A stretch of 64,000 nt of DNA from Emiliania huxleyi CCMP1516 (taxonomy: Eukaryota), in NCBI RefSeq assembly GCF_000372725.1, contig NW_005201732.1:310001-374000 (forward strand). Direction: 5' to 3'. The first letter of the stretch is position 1. The number at the start of each line of letters is the position of its first letter. Made by a program: the position numbers and the translations under genes. Positions 38,001 to 49,739 of this stretch are shown here, in pieces. The notes under the pieces are model-generated. The model did no database searches. It was not told where the DNA came from and was given only the letters and a program-made list of their open reading frames with translations.

Positions 38001-39225
38001 CACGGCGCCGAACGAGACGGCGGGCCAGACCCCGTAGCCCTCTCCGTCGAAGGTGAGGGAGAGGTAGGTGACGGCGGCGGTGACGAGGAGGGAGGAGAAG
38101 AGGAGGAGCGCGCGCGTGATGCGCAGGATCACCTTTTGGAAGTTGCCCACGTCGTGCGTCGACCCGATCAGCGCCGCCGTCTTGCCGAAGAATGTGTTTA
38201 CGCCCGTGTGCGCCACCAGCCCCTCCGTCTCGCCAGACACGATCGTCGAGCCCATCTTGACCAGGCTTCCCTCGCCGAGGGAGACAGGGAGCGACTCGCC
38301 AGTCAGCGCCGCCTGGTCTACCTGGACCTGCATCCCGCGACCCAAGAGGATGTCGGCGGGCACGTTTGCGCCGGCGGCGAGGGCGACACGGTCTCCCGGG
38401 ACGAGTTGGGAGGCGTCTGCCTTGCGCCACGCGCCTGCCCGCTTGACCTGCGCCTCGGGCTTGAGAGACGCCTGGCGGCGGGGCGAGGGAGGGCGCGGGT
38501 TGGAGAGCACAGGGGCGGCGCGGGGAGAGGAGGAGGGGGGGTGGGGGAGAGGTCAGCTCTTGTGCGCACCTTGAGGGCGGCGACGGCGTCGCCGGCGCGC
38601 ATGTCCTCGAAGAAGCCGACGAAGCCGTTGAGGAGGAGCAGCGCGGTGAGGGTGCTCATGTCGGGCCACTCCTGCACGGCGCGCAGAGTATGCGGTGTCT
38701 CTGGGCTCTCTGGCGCAGGCGTCGGAGGAGAGACGGCGTCGCTCTCTCTGTGGGCGATCGCAGGGAGGGAGACTGGCAATGTGGAGGGGAGGGTCGCGGC
38801 GGAGCCGAGAGTATTGAGGTGCCGGGCGCGTGCGCACGGCGGGGTGGGAGGTGCGGCGGGCGGCGGGCGGCAGGCGGCGGCGGCGGCGGCGGGCGGCGGG
38901 CCGGCGGCGGTGGTGGCGGCGGCGGCGGCGGCGCCTGCAGCAGGCCCTCGATGATGATGGCAATAATGATGGTGCCGGGCATGATGCCGGTGAAGTGAGA
39001 CAGGAATATACGCCACTTGGGCGTGCGCAGGTCCGGCAGCTCGTTCCGCCCATGCTGCAGCAGCCTGCGCGCCGCCTCCTCCTCAGAGAGCCCGTCTTCG
39101 CCCGTCTGGAGGTCGAGCCGGTGCTTCAGAGCCGAGTCCTCCGAGGCGGTCTGGAGGTCCTCTGGCTCGTCAGCCTCGTCAGCGGGAGCCTGGTTGTCCC
39201 GGTCGAGCAGCGGTGGCTTGCACAT
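35053..39225 (-). CDS. P-type IIIA plasma-membrane H+-ATPase, multi-exon
   Basis: [80 protein letters not shown]. Confidence 0.95.
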
Positions 39226-39439
39226 TCCGACGGCGACGATCTCGCACAGCGGCGCAAAAACGCAGCACCCCTGGGCACAGAATCTACACCCGGCGCTGTT
39301 CACATAAACGCACAACTCCGGGCGCTGTTCACAGCCTTGTTATGAGAAGAAAATACCTGAGTGTGTGAGTGTGAAAGAAAATACGTCCTATGGCGCTATG
39401 CGCTGTCTGTGAGAGGTTGAGGCGCGAGCCCTGGAGGCC

Positions 39440-40212
39440 TGCACCCCACTCACAGTTATTTTTATGGTGTTGCTCGGGGCATAGCAGCCCATAACATGTT
39501 ATGGGTGTTATGGGTGTTATCGTGTTATGGGGCCCGGCCCCGTAACACCCATAACACCCATAACATGTTATGGGCTGCTATGAGAGAGCCGTCTCGGATC
39601 CACGGTGTTATGGCCCGAGAGGCCACACCGAACTGCTCGCCGCTGGAATTTTTGCTTCGCGCGCTGCCGCGCGCGCGCGCGAGGTTCGGCATCGATCGCC
39701 AAATATTTTCTCTTTCAAGTTAAACTCAATCACATCAACCTGCCTCCTGAGCCTGAGCGATGGCTTCAGATTGCTCAATCAAGACTTCCCCTCCCCCCCC
39801 CTTCACGCAATTTGCTTCCCGTTTCTAACTCGTACTCTAGCACACATAGTTGAAGCCGGGAATCCTCTTGAAGTCGGAGACGCGCAGGTCAAGTGACGAG
39901 GGCTTCTGGCTCTTGAACATCCTCATCCGGTAGGCCATGGTTGGCTGGTAGTAGCTACGCGGCGCGGGGCGGGCGCTCCGAAAGAAGAATTTTACCGTTC
40001 CGGGATACGCGCGGCGGGGCTCCAAAAGAAAAATCCGTGGGACACATAACAGCTGTTATGAGGTTGTTATGCTGGCTGTCATAACAACCAGTGGGAGGTG
40101 TTATGAGTGTTATGAGGTGTTATGAGGTGTTATGGGGTGTTATGAGCAGCCAGCCATAACAGCCATAACACCTGTTATGGCCGCTCCCTCAAAACCTTGT
40201 CTGGGGTCAATT
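39440..40212. mobile_element. Probable non-autonomous insertion with CATAAC/GTTATG arrays and a ~100-bp hairpin
   Basis: 39-bp perfect inverted arms in ~39480-39582; second array ~40044-40180; flanked by gaggcc at 39434 and 40213, apparently interrupting the repeat seen intact near 21271-21290. Confidence 0.5.
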
Positions 40213-40681
40213 GAGGCCCTGGGGATGGGGTGAGACTACCCGCGGGCCTAGAAGGCCCTCGCGCAGGGGGGTGGGACATTGAGACCGGTCATTCACACAC
40301 ATAAACGCACCGCCCCGGGCCCGAAATCGCACAGAGACAGTCACGCAACACGGGGTCCCAGGGAAGGCGGGCACGCGAGCAAAACCCCTATCATCCCGCG
40401 CGCAAGACGCCGACGCTCGGAGGCCGCACCGGTCAGGCGCGGCGCAGCCGGAGAGGCGGAGAGAGAGGGAGGCGCTCAATATAAACGCACAACCCCCCGG
40501 GCCCGAAATCGCACAGAGACAGTCACATTTCGAGCCTTTTTTGTTCTGCTGAATTGGAACGCGCGAAAGCGCCGGCTTTCGAACCTCGGCGCCCGCCCTC
40601 TTTCTGGCCGCGTCCCTCCCCTGTCCTCTCGACTGCACTCATCTTTTACATACATAATTTATATTGCGTACCTACGCTATC

Positions 40682-41600
40682 TCACCTCCGGTCCTCGCTC
40701 GTCGCGCAGTATAGGCTCCTCCACGCCGCGACGCTCGCGGCGCCGACCACGAGCTCTAGCGTCAGCAGCCTGACGTCGACCGCCTGGCGCGCGAGCACCG
40801 CGCCCGCGAGCGCGAGGAGGACGCGCGTCGACGCAAAGTCCACCGACGCGCGCGCGACGCAGGCGAGGGCGTTGGCGTAGCCGAGCGACGGCAGCACGGC
40901 GGTGGGGTCCCAAGCGTTGGTCACCGCGGCGCCGACGATCCACGCGCTCGCGACCGCCGACCCCTCCGCCACCCAGCCCTCCCCCCCTCCCGCGGCGAGG
41001 ACGTCGACGCACACGAACGCAGAGCTGTACGACGCAACCACGTCGCCGACGACGAGCTGAAAGTCGTCGATCCGCGGCGGCCACGTCCGCGGCGGCCGCC
41101 TCCACCACGGCGTCTCTTCCTCCTCCACCTCCGCCGCCTCCACCTCCGCCTCCGCCGCCTCGAGGCCGCTTCCAAACGCGAGCGCGTCGAGGGCGGACAC
41201 GACGAAGAAGTCGCTGTGGCGGCCGCCGCGCGAGCCGCCCGCCTCGGCCACCGAATGCAGCAGCGTGTAGAGGCCCAGCAAAACGAAGTGGCCCCCGAAC
41301 TCGAGCAGCTCGAGCGGCCCGACCAGCTCGGCGACCACGCGCGGCAGCAGCGGCGCCATGGTCGCCGTCTGGCCCACCAGCACCGCGAGCAGGGTGCGGA
41401 AGGTGGTCACGTCGCGGAAGAAGACAAGCGCCTGCTCGAGATGCGCCGAGATGCGCCGAGATGCGCCGAGATGCGCCGAGATGCGCCGAGATTGTCCGAG
41501 AAGGCCGCCTCCTCGCGCGGCAGCCCCTCCATCACCGGTGTCGGCGGCCGCCGCGTTGGCGGCGGCCGCGTCAGCAGCGGCCGCCGGGGCCGCGGCGTCT
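40682..41600 (-). CDS. Hypothetical multi-pass membrane protein, weak DUF3054-like C-terminus, possibly plastid-targeted
   Basis: Spliced ...RPPTPVMEGLPREE|ALVFFRD across the 77-nt GC-AG intron 41432-41508 (10-bp tandem repeats); several TM segments ending AAWRSLY; 5' exon not resolved. Confidence 0.55.
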
Positions 41601-42445
41601 GCGCGCGCCGTCATCTGCCTAGATGGATGCATCATGCACCCAACGTGAAGCACCCAACGTGAAGCACGAGTCATGAGAAGCGGGCTAGAGGGCGAGATCG
41701 CTCGTGCGCCGTGAGATTGTGCATCTGCATGAGAGTGGCCTGGGTGTGTGGGCTCTACACGCTGCGCAAATTTCGCCGGGTAAACGATCACAGCGTAAAG
41801 GCCACAGACACGCATGCGACGGGAGGAGCCTCGACCGCCGCACCTTCTCCGACGATCAGGACCGCCGCCCATTCTCCCGCCTCGTCGCGATGCAGCGGCT
41901 TTGTGACATGCACGTGAAGCGGCTCCCCGCTCGCCAAGGGGCAGTCGTGCGCGATGTAGGCGGCGGCACGCCGCTTCTGGCGCGAGGCAGCCGCCTCTGG
42001 GCGAGCCGCAGACTCATTCCTCGGGCGGGGCTGGCATTGCGACGCACTACAAAATTGCAGCACACGTCGTAACCGCCGGCCGAAGGTCCCAGGTACTCGA
42101 TGATCGAGCCGTTTGGGGAGGCTAGCGCAATGCGCCAGCCGTGGCTCACCCCCAGATCAAGGCCAGGCGGAGGGACGAAGGATGCCTCAATCTCGAGCCG
42201 CGGCCAGTGACCGCCCAGTGACACGCTCGGAAAAGAAAAAAGTCGATCGCGTCCGGTTGAAGGGTTGGGCTCACGAATTCTTTTCCCGTGCCTAGTGTCG
42301 TGCGTGGGACCTCGTAAAATTCTTTTCCAGGTCTGGTTGCCGGTGTTCGTAAAAGTGGCGTTTACCCGGATAGCGCCCGCGGACAGCGCCACTTCCCAGT
42401 CACGCTCGGAAAAAAAAGTCGAAGCATGGAATTCTTTTCCAATTC

Positions 42446-43898
42446 TTGTTGCCGCCGGCTCCCGATCCACCGCTGCCGGCTCACGATCCGCAGCCGCCGG
42501 CTCCCGATCCACCGCTGCCGGCTCACGAACCACCGCTGCCGCCGGCTCCCGATCCACCGCTGCCGCCGGGCAGCACGCTGTCTGAGCCGCCGCCGCATCC
42601 CGGCCCACCGCCACCGCCGCTGCCGCCGCCGCCGAGCCTCCTCGGCACGCTCTCGGCGCTCTCGCTCGCTGCGAGCACCGGCGTCGGCCTGGTCGCACAG
42701 AATGGCATCAACACGAACCTTCGGCGGCACGCGCTGCCCGATCCGTTCGTCACGGCGTGCGCCTCCTTCACCGTCGGCCTGCTCACCATCTCGGCGCTGG
42801 CTGCCGCCGAGGCGGCGGCGATGGGCGGCGGCTCGCGGTCGGCGGCCGCCGCCGCGCTGCGCGGCGCGCCCTGGTACGCCTTCACGGGCGGCCTGCTCGG
42901 GCCGTGCTACGTCGTCGGCGCCGTCCTGCTCTCGCGCGAGCTCGGCTTTGCAACCTTCCAACTGTGCGCGACGCTCGGCCAGCTCGTCGCCGCGCTGCTC
43001 GTCGACGCGGCCGGCTTCCTCCGGCTTCGCAAGCGGCGGCCGACGCGCTGGCAGCTCCTCCGCCCTCGCCCCGCTCGCCGCCCTCGAGCCCTCTCCAAAC
43101 CGCCTCCGACCCGCGCGCAGGAAGCTCGCCGCCCTCGCGCTGCTCGCCTGCGGCACAGGCCTCACCGCGGGACGCGTCTCCGCCGACGCCGAGTGGTGGG
43201 CGCTGCTGCTGCTCTGCCTCGGCGCCGCCGGCGCGGGCACCATCTTCCCGCTGCAGGCGTGCGTCAACGACGTGCTCCGCTCGCACCTCGGCACGCCCTT
43301 CCGCGCGACGGCCGTCTCGTTCGCCGTCGGCGCCGTCGCGCTCGCCGCCGTCTCCGCCGTGGCGGTCGGCGCGCGCGGCCAGGGCATCGCCGTGCGGGGG
43401 GGCGATTTGGGGGATGCGGGTGGGCGGTGGAGGGGCGCGCTCTTCACCGCCCGCATCGCGTGAGCAGGCGAGGCCTGGATGTGGACGGGAGGGCTGTGCG
43501 GCGCGGCGGCGGTGGCGGGGATGGTGGTCGGCGTGCCCCGGGTCGGCGCCGCCGCCTACTTCGCCGCCTTCCTCTGCGCACAGCTGAGCACCGCCCTCCT
43601 CTTTGACAGCGTCGGCGCCTTTGGCTTCCCGACCATCGCACCGTCCGCCCGCCGCGCCGCCGGCGTCTCGCTCGCCGTCGCCGCGGCGGCAGCCTACCAG
43701 CTGCCCGCGCCCCGCTGCGCCGCACCCGGCCGAGACGCGGGCGCGGCGCGGCGGTCGGCGGCGCGCCGCGCCTCCTTCGTCGCGGGCGGCGCGGCGGGGC
43801 GCGAGGTGTGGCTGGCCGCCCTGCTCGGGTGGAGGAGGAGGAGGAGCCGGCGCGCGTGCCGCCGCCGCGAGGAGGAGGGGGTGGAGGAGGCGGAATGA
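42446..43898 (+). CDS. DMT-superfamily transporter with two YdcZ/DUF606-like domains
   Basis: AQNGINTNL...PWYAFTGGLLG...GQLVAALLVDAAG, and a second repeat LQACVNDVL...WMWTGGLCG...AQLSTALLFDSVG; start unresolved. Confidence 0.85.
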
Positions 43899-44596
43899 GC
43901 GCGGCGGTGAGAGCCGGTAGTCTGTTGAATGTTGAACTCTTAGCATCAGGATAATCACAACGCCCGGAAATTTGGCAGGTTGGGTGGAGATATAGGTTTT
44001 ACGGAAGGAGTCTTTGACTCAAAGGGAAAAAAGAAACCCAACACGCTGACCGGGCTGTGCCTTAGCACACAAAGAGGGTGACTATACCTCTACAGTGTTC
44101 AGCTCGCGCACCTATAGGGCTCTCTAGGCGACGAGCCTATTTCTCCCAGGGTGCCTATAGAGACTTGGAGCACTTGGAGTGCAGCCAGCAACCACACATC
44201 CACGCACGTGAGCGGCCTTCTTTTTCAGTCCGCGCCCTTGTCGTGCCAGTAAAAGAAAGAAAGAAAGAAAACAGACACGCCAAACGAGGGATGGGACGAG
44301 GACAGGGTCCCTTCACGAGCAGGATTTTGGAAGGACGATCAGGGGGACAGGTGGGGCTCTCCTGCTCCTGACAAGGGACACGACAGGCTCGCAGCGCGGT
44401 GCGCGGTGGACTCCCACATCCACTGGCGGTCTCATCTCAGTCTAGCGACCTGCCTCCAGCTTGTCGCTGGCAGTCTCTCCTACCACAGGCACACTGACAC
44501 AGGGGTGGCAGGGGCTTGGCGGCGGCACGTGTGCTGTGAGAGCGGCGGGAGAATTCTTTTTCCTCTCCCGCTCACATCTGAGACCGGTAAGCGGCA

Positions 44597-46886
44597 ATGA
44601 GAGAGCCGCTTGTGCACTGCTCCCGCAGCTACGAGGAGCTCATGTGCGGCGACGCGGCGATGTCGACATCGCCCCTCGTCGCGAGCCACAAGCTCCAGAC
44701 TCCCACGCTGCAGCAGGGCGCCTCGTCGTCGAGCGGCTCGCAAGGCAGCTCGTCAGCGGCCTCTGCCGCGCCGTCGGACCTCTCGGGGGCGCCGACGGGG
44801 ATGCGCGGGGCCCTCGGCGCGGCTCATCCCGGCGACCTCGAGTCTCCCGCCGCGCCGCGCAAGCAGGCCTTGAGCGACCAGCGCGGCTGCCAGCTGCAGC
44901 CGCCGTCGGCGCCGCAAAAGGAGGGGAGCAAGGTGCACAAGAGGCACTCGGCGCCGCCGCTGGTGGGCGCCGCGCTGGTGGGGTCGGACGACGAGATGCC
45001 CGACGAGATGCCCGACCCGCGGCGCGCGCTCGACATGAGCGAGGCGGACCCGCACAACGTCAACCAGCTCTCTCTCTCTCCGATGAACATGGCGAGCCCG
45101 ACCTGTGTCTCGGCCAAGCACGGCCGCACCTCGGCGGCGGCGGAGGCGCAAGAGGAGCGGCGAAAACGGCAGCGCCGCGCGCCCGCGCCGCCCCTCGCCG
45201 CCGCCGCCGCCTCCTCCTCCCTCGACGCCGCGATGCGCTCGCCGTCCGACTCGCCGCCGCTGCGCGCAGCTCCGCGCTTTGCAGCGACGCCAGGCTCGAG
45301 GGCGACGCCCGGCTCGCCGCTGGTGCCGTCGCCGCCGTCGCGGCAGCGGATGATGCCGCCCTCGCCGCGCGGCGCCCTCGGTCGCGGCATCGGAATCCGA
45401 GAGGCTGCGCCAGTCAGCCTCTCGAGGATGAACTCGATCCGCGACACAAAGGCGCTCCTCCCCCGGCCCCGGGCAAATGGTTGGTTTGGATCACGCCCCC
45501 TCCCACCTCCAGAATTGGTATTGCCCTGCCCCTTTCGGGTTAGGACCATGAACTTCGNNNNNNNNNNNNNNNNNNNNNNNNNNNNNNNNNNNNNNNNNNN
45601 NNNNNNNNNNNNNNNNNNNNNNNNNNNNNNNNNNNNNNNNNNNNNNNNNNNNNNNNNCGAGAGAAAAGAGGATAACGAAGATGAATGAGAGGAAAGAAAA
45701 AAGAGAAAGGGGAGGGGGAAAAAAGGGAAGGAAAGAAGAGCGAACCGGTGGAGACAATAGTGAGACAAGTGAAACAGATAAAGGCAAGAAGGGAAAAAAG
45801 AAGAAGAAGGGTACATAAAGAGAAAACAGGGAGTAGGAAAGAAAAAGAAGAGAGGGAAGAGGGAGAACAAAAGGGAGAAGAAAATGAATAGTAAAAAGAA
45901 AGGGCGGTTAAGAGAAGAAAAAAGAGGAATATAACCATGTCACACTCGCCCACCTAGGGAGGCTCGCCATCCCGACCCACCCCTCCCCTCGCCGCCAGGT
46001 CCTCTTCGTATCCAGCACCAAGCGCTCCGCCTCCTTCTCCGTGCCCGCCGAGGCGCTCGACGGCTTCAAGTTCGACGACCACTTCGTCTGGCTCCGGCCG
46101 CTCGGCTCCGGCTCCTTCTCGGACGTGTACGCCGTCCAGCACAAGATGCGGCCCGCAGAGTACTACGCCATCAAGCGGTCCAAGCGCGAGTTCCGGTCGC
46201 GCGGCGAGCGGGCAGAGTACCTGCGCGAGGTGCAGCTCGCAAACTCGATGCCCGCGCACGCCAACGTGGTCGAGTACCACCGCGCGTGGCAGGACGCGTC
46301 CTTCTTCTACGTGCAGATGGAGCTCTGCCCCGGAGGGACGCTCGGCCAGCTGCTGCTGCGCGAGGGCGGCGCGCTCGCGTGCGTGGCTGGCGAGGCGCGG
46401 GTGTGGGAGCTCGTGCGCCACGTCGCGCGCGGCCTCTCGCACATCCACGCGCACGGCGTGATCCACTGCGACATCAAGCCGGACAACATCCTGCTGTCGT
46501 CGGACGGCGTCTTCAAGATCGGGGACCTCGGCCAGGCGGCGGCGCTCAAGGCGTGGAACGAGCAGGAGGGGGACGCAAAGTACCTCTCGCGCGACCTGCT
46601 CGAGTCGAAGCCCTCCACCGCCGCGGACATCTTCTCCTTCGGCATGGTGCTGTACGAGGTGCGGACAGCAGAGAGCCTGCCTGGCTCGGGGCCGCGCTGG
46701 GACGAGCTGCGGTCGGGGTCGGTGCCGCCGCCGGCCGACTGCGGCGCCGAGATGGGGCGCCTGCTGCGGAGCATGATGAGCCCGCAGCCAGAGGCGCGCC
46801 CCTCCGCCGACGGCATCCTTGATTCGTGCTGTGCGGCCGCCGCCGCCGCCGCCGCAGACCGGTGCGTAGCGGCGGCGATGGGATAG
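44597..46886 (+). CDS. WEE1: Wee1/Myt1-family protein kinase; N-terminal region separated from the kinase domain by a gap
   Basis: LGSGSFSDV, YAIKRSK, HANVVEYHRAW, HCDIKPDNI, KIGDLG, EGDAKYL. Confidence 0.85.
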
Positions 46887-47550
46887 GGCTCCGTTTGGAG
46901 CCACTCACACTGGCGGGAGGCGTCCGATCGAGCAGCGACAGGCGAGCCGTTGTGCCGCAGGAGTAAGGAGTGCAGTATGGCAGAGAGAGATGAGAGAGAG
47001 ACCCGCGCGCGGCACCGGAACCGGGGGAGTGCTGCTGCTGCAAGAGAGAGCGAGCGTGACCCATATTTAACTGGCAGTGTCCTCCTCAACGGCAATAGCC
47101 ACTTCATCTGTTGAGGGCAAATAGAAATACGCGGATAGAGAAATACCCATCGCTCTCCGTACGTGAACAAAAAAAGCGCCGCTTTGTCCTTTGATTGGCC
47201 TTGCGTAGAGACCTCGAGAGACGAAGGCCGCTCCTCCCCGGAGGCCCCTAGTCAAGAATTGACTTCAGTTGGCGGGAATAAATAAATCAGAAATAAATAA
47301 ATAAACCGGACATCCCAAGCTAGGGCTGGGTCGAGGACAGACACGTCCCCACCTTTGCAGGATTTTGCAAAAGCGAGGGGGGAGGGCGCATCGCGGCGCG
47401 GAGAGGGCTGGGCACGGGCACAGGGGATCTAAATAAATCAGAGCGGCTTATGATTTCTTTCCCCTCATCACCGCTACTCAAGGCGGCGAAGCAGCGCGGC
47501 GAAGGATATCCACCTCGAGAACCTCGAGAACACACCACTTGCGCGGTTGT

Positions 47551-49295
47551 ATGTGCGCATTTCTCCTCCTCGTTCCGCTCCTCTCCGGCCTCGTGGCGAA
47601 TGCACGAGTCAAAGACCAGCGCATCCCGGTGACTGTGCTTACCGGTTTCCTCGGCAGTGGTAAGACGACCCTGCTCAACCACCTCCTCACGAAACAGCAC
47701 GGCAAGCGGCTCGCTGTAATCGAGAACGAGTTTGGAGAGGCGCGCACACGCCTGGTCGCTGATGCCAGCGGGCGCCGAGCCCGCACGTGGTCACCGCGCT
47801 TGCCTCCCTCTCACCCAAGGTTGGTATCGACGACGCGCTGCTTGGGAAGAACGCCCGCGAGGAGGCTGAGCCTGAGATCATCGAGATGATGAACGGCTGC
47901 ATCTGCTGCACCGTCCGGCAGGACCTCATTGTCGTGCTCAAGCGGATCTCGGAGAGGGTGAGCTCCGGCAAGCTCAACATCGACGCCGTCGTGATCGAGA
48001 CGACGGTGTGCCTGTCTTGCAGCCGCCACGTCCTGTGCCAGCATTACGACCCCTCGGTGACTGCCACTGCAGGGGATGGCGGACCCTGCGCCGGTCGCCC
48101 AGACCTTCTTTGTCGACGAGTCGGTGCAGGAGTGCTTTCGGCTCGACGGGATCGTGACCCTCGTCGACGCCAAGCACATCGAGCAGCACCTCGACGAGGA
48201 GAAGGCCGAGGGCGCCGAGAACGAGGCGGTGGAGCAGGTGCTGCCCTCGCCGACCGGGCCCTGCTCCACAAGTCGGACCTGTTCACGCCTCGCGCCTCAC
48301 GCCGCATCCCTTCTCACAGGTCGCCTTCGCGGACCGGCTGCTGCTCAACAAGGTGGACCTGGTCGACGAGGGCAATTAATTACATAGCTGAGATCTAATT
48401 AATTAATTACCGGCTGCTGCTCAACAAGGTGGACTTGGTCGACGAGGCGGCTCGAGCCGAGGCGGCGGCTGCCTGGAACATTCCCTGACCCTGCCGGGAC
48501 ACTGTCCTTTAGGCGGAGCTCGCGAGGGTGGAGGGGCGGCTGCGCGCCATCAACTCGTTTGCGCCCATCCAGCGCTGCCAGCAGTCGCAGGTGGCCGTCG
48601 GCGACGTGCTCGAGCTGCGCGCCTTCGACCTGCAGCGCACGCTCGAGATGGACGACGGCTTCCTCGACACGGACGCGGAGCACGAGCACGACGCGTCGGT
48701 CAGCTCGCTCGCCATCGTCCAGCCGGGCGAGGTCGACGCCGAGCTGCTCGAGGGATGGATCGGAGACCTGTTGCGCGACCGGGGCGCCGACATCTTCCGC
48801 ACAAAGGGCATCCTCGCCATCGCGGGCGGGCGCCACGGAGCCGCCTCGACCTCACACCGCCCCTCCCTCGCTGAGGCTGCTGTGAGGCGTCTGTTCGTAG
48901 GCAGCCCGAAGAAGTGCGTCTTCCAGGGCGTGCACATGATCTTCAACAGCGCGCTCGGCGGCGAGTGGGCCGAGGGCGAGCCGCGCGAGTCGAGGCTCGT
49001 CTTCATCGGCAAGAAGTTGCAGCACGAGGAGCTGCGCGCCGGCTTCAGCGCCTGCCTCGCCACCCCGCAGCTCGACGCGCAGAGGCGCGCGGCGCTCCGC
49101 TTCGAGGTCGGGGCCCACGTCCAGTGCAAGGTCGCCCCGGACGAGTGGGCAAAGGGGCGGGTCGTCGCGCAGCTCTACAGGAACACGCCCGAGGAGGGGC
49201 GCGCAGGGGGCGTGTCGCCCTACCAGGTGGAGCTCGACGGAGGAGACCTCATCTTCGTCCCGCTCGACGACGACCAGGTCATCAGGAGGGCGTGA
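47551..49295 (+). CDS. CobW/COG0523 metal-chaperone GTPase with CobW_C and a small C-terminal beta-rich domain, multi-exon
   Basis: [53 protein letters not shown]. Confidence 0.95.
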
Positions 49296-49739
49296 GGGCG
49301 AATCGCCCCGCTGCCAGGCAGGCGTCACGATGTTCCGAGGGCCTCGCATGGGGGAGCGGCATCGCTTGGCGTGCGCGGTATAGAGGTGACCGGAACGTCG
49401 TGCCACACGCACACCACAGACATACACGCAACACGCTCACCCTCGCGTCAAAGTGCCTCTGTGCTCTGCATGGACTCACACACGTTACAGAGGATACTCC
49501 TGGATAGCGTCTGAGGTCTGTGTGCGAGACGAGGGGATACGTGTTGAAAAAATCGCATGAGGTATGCTAAAATCTAAAACGCGACCCTCACCCATGCGCA
49601 CGCGACAGCCGACAGCGCACACGCCCCCTCGGCCATGCACACAAGCCGGTGTCCGCGAGACCGACACACTCTGACCGCCCGCCGCGGCACACCATATAAG
49701 CACAACCACACAGTCCACCTCGCGCGAACGCACCTCTCC

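Noticed and set aside
45658..45935. Purine-rich island inside the Wee1-like gene
   Set aside because: Adjoins a gap and looks like poor-quality trace; the same applies to about 60400-60580
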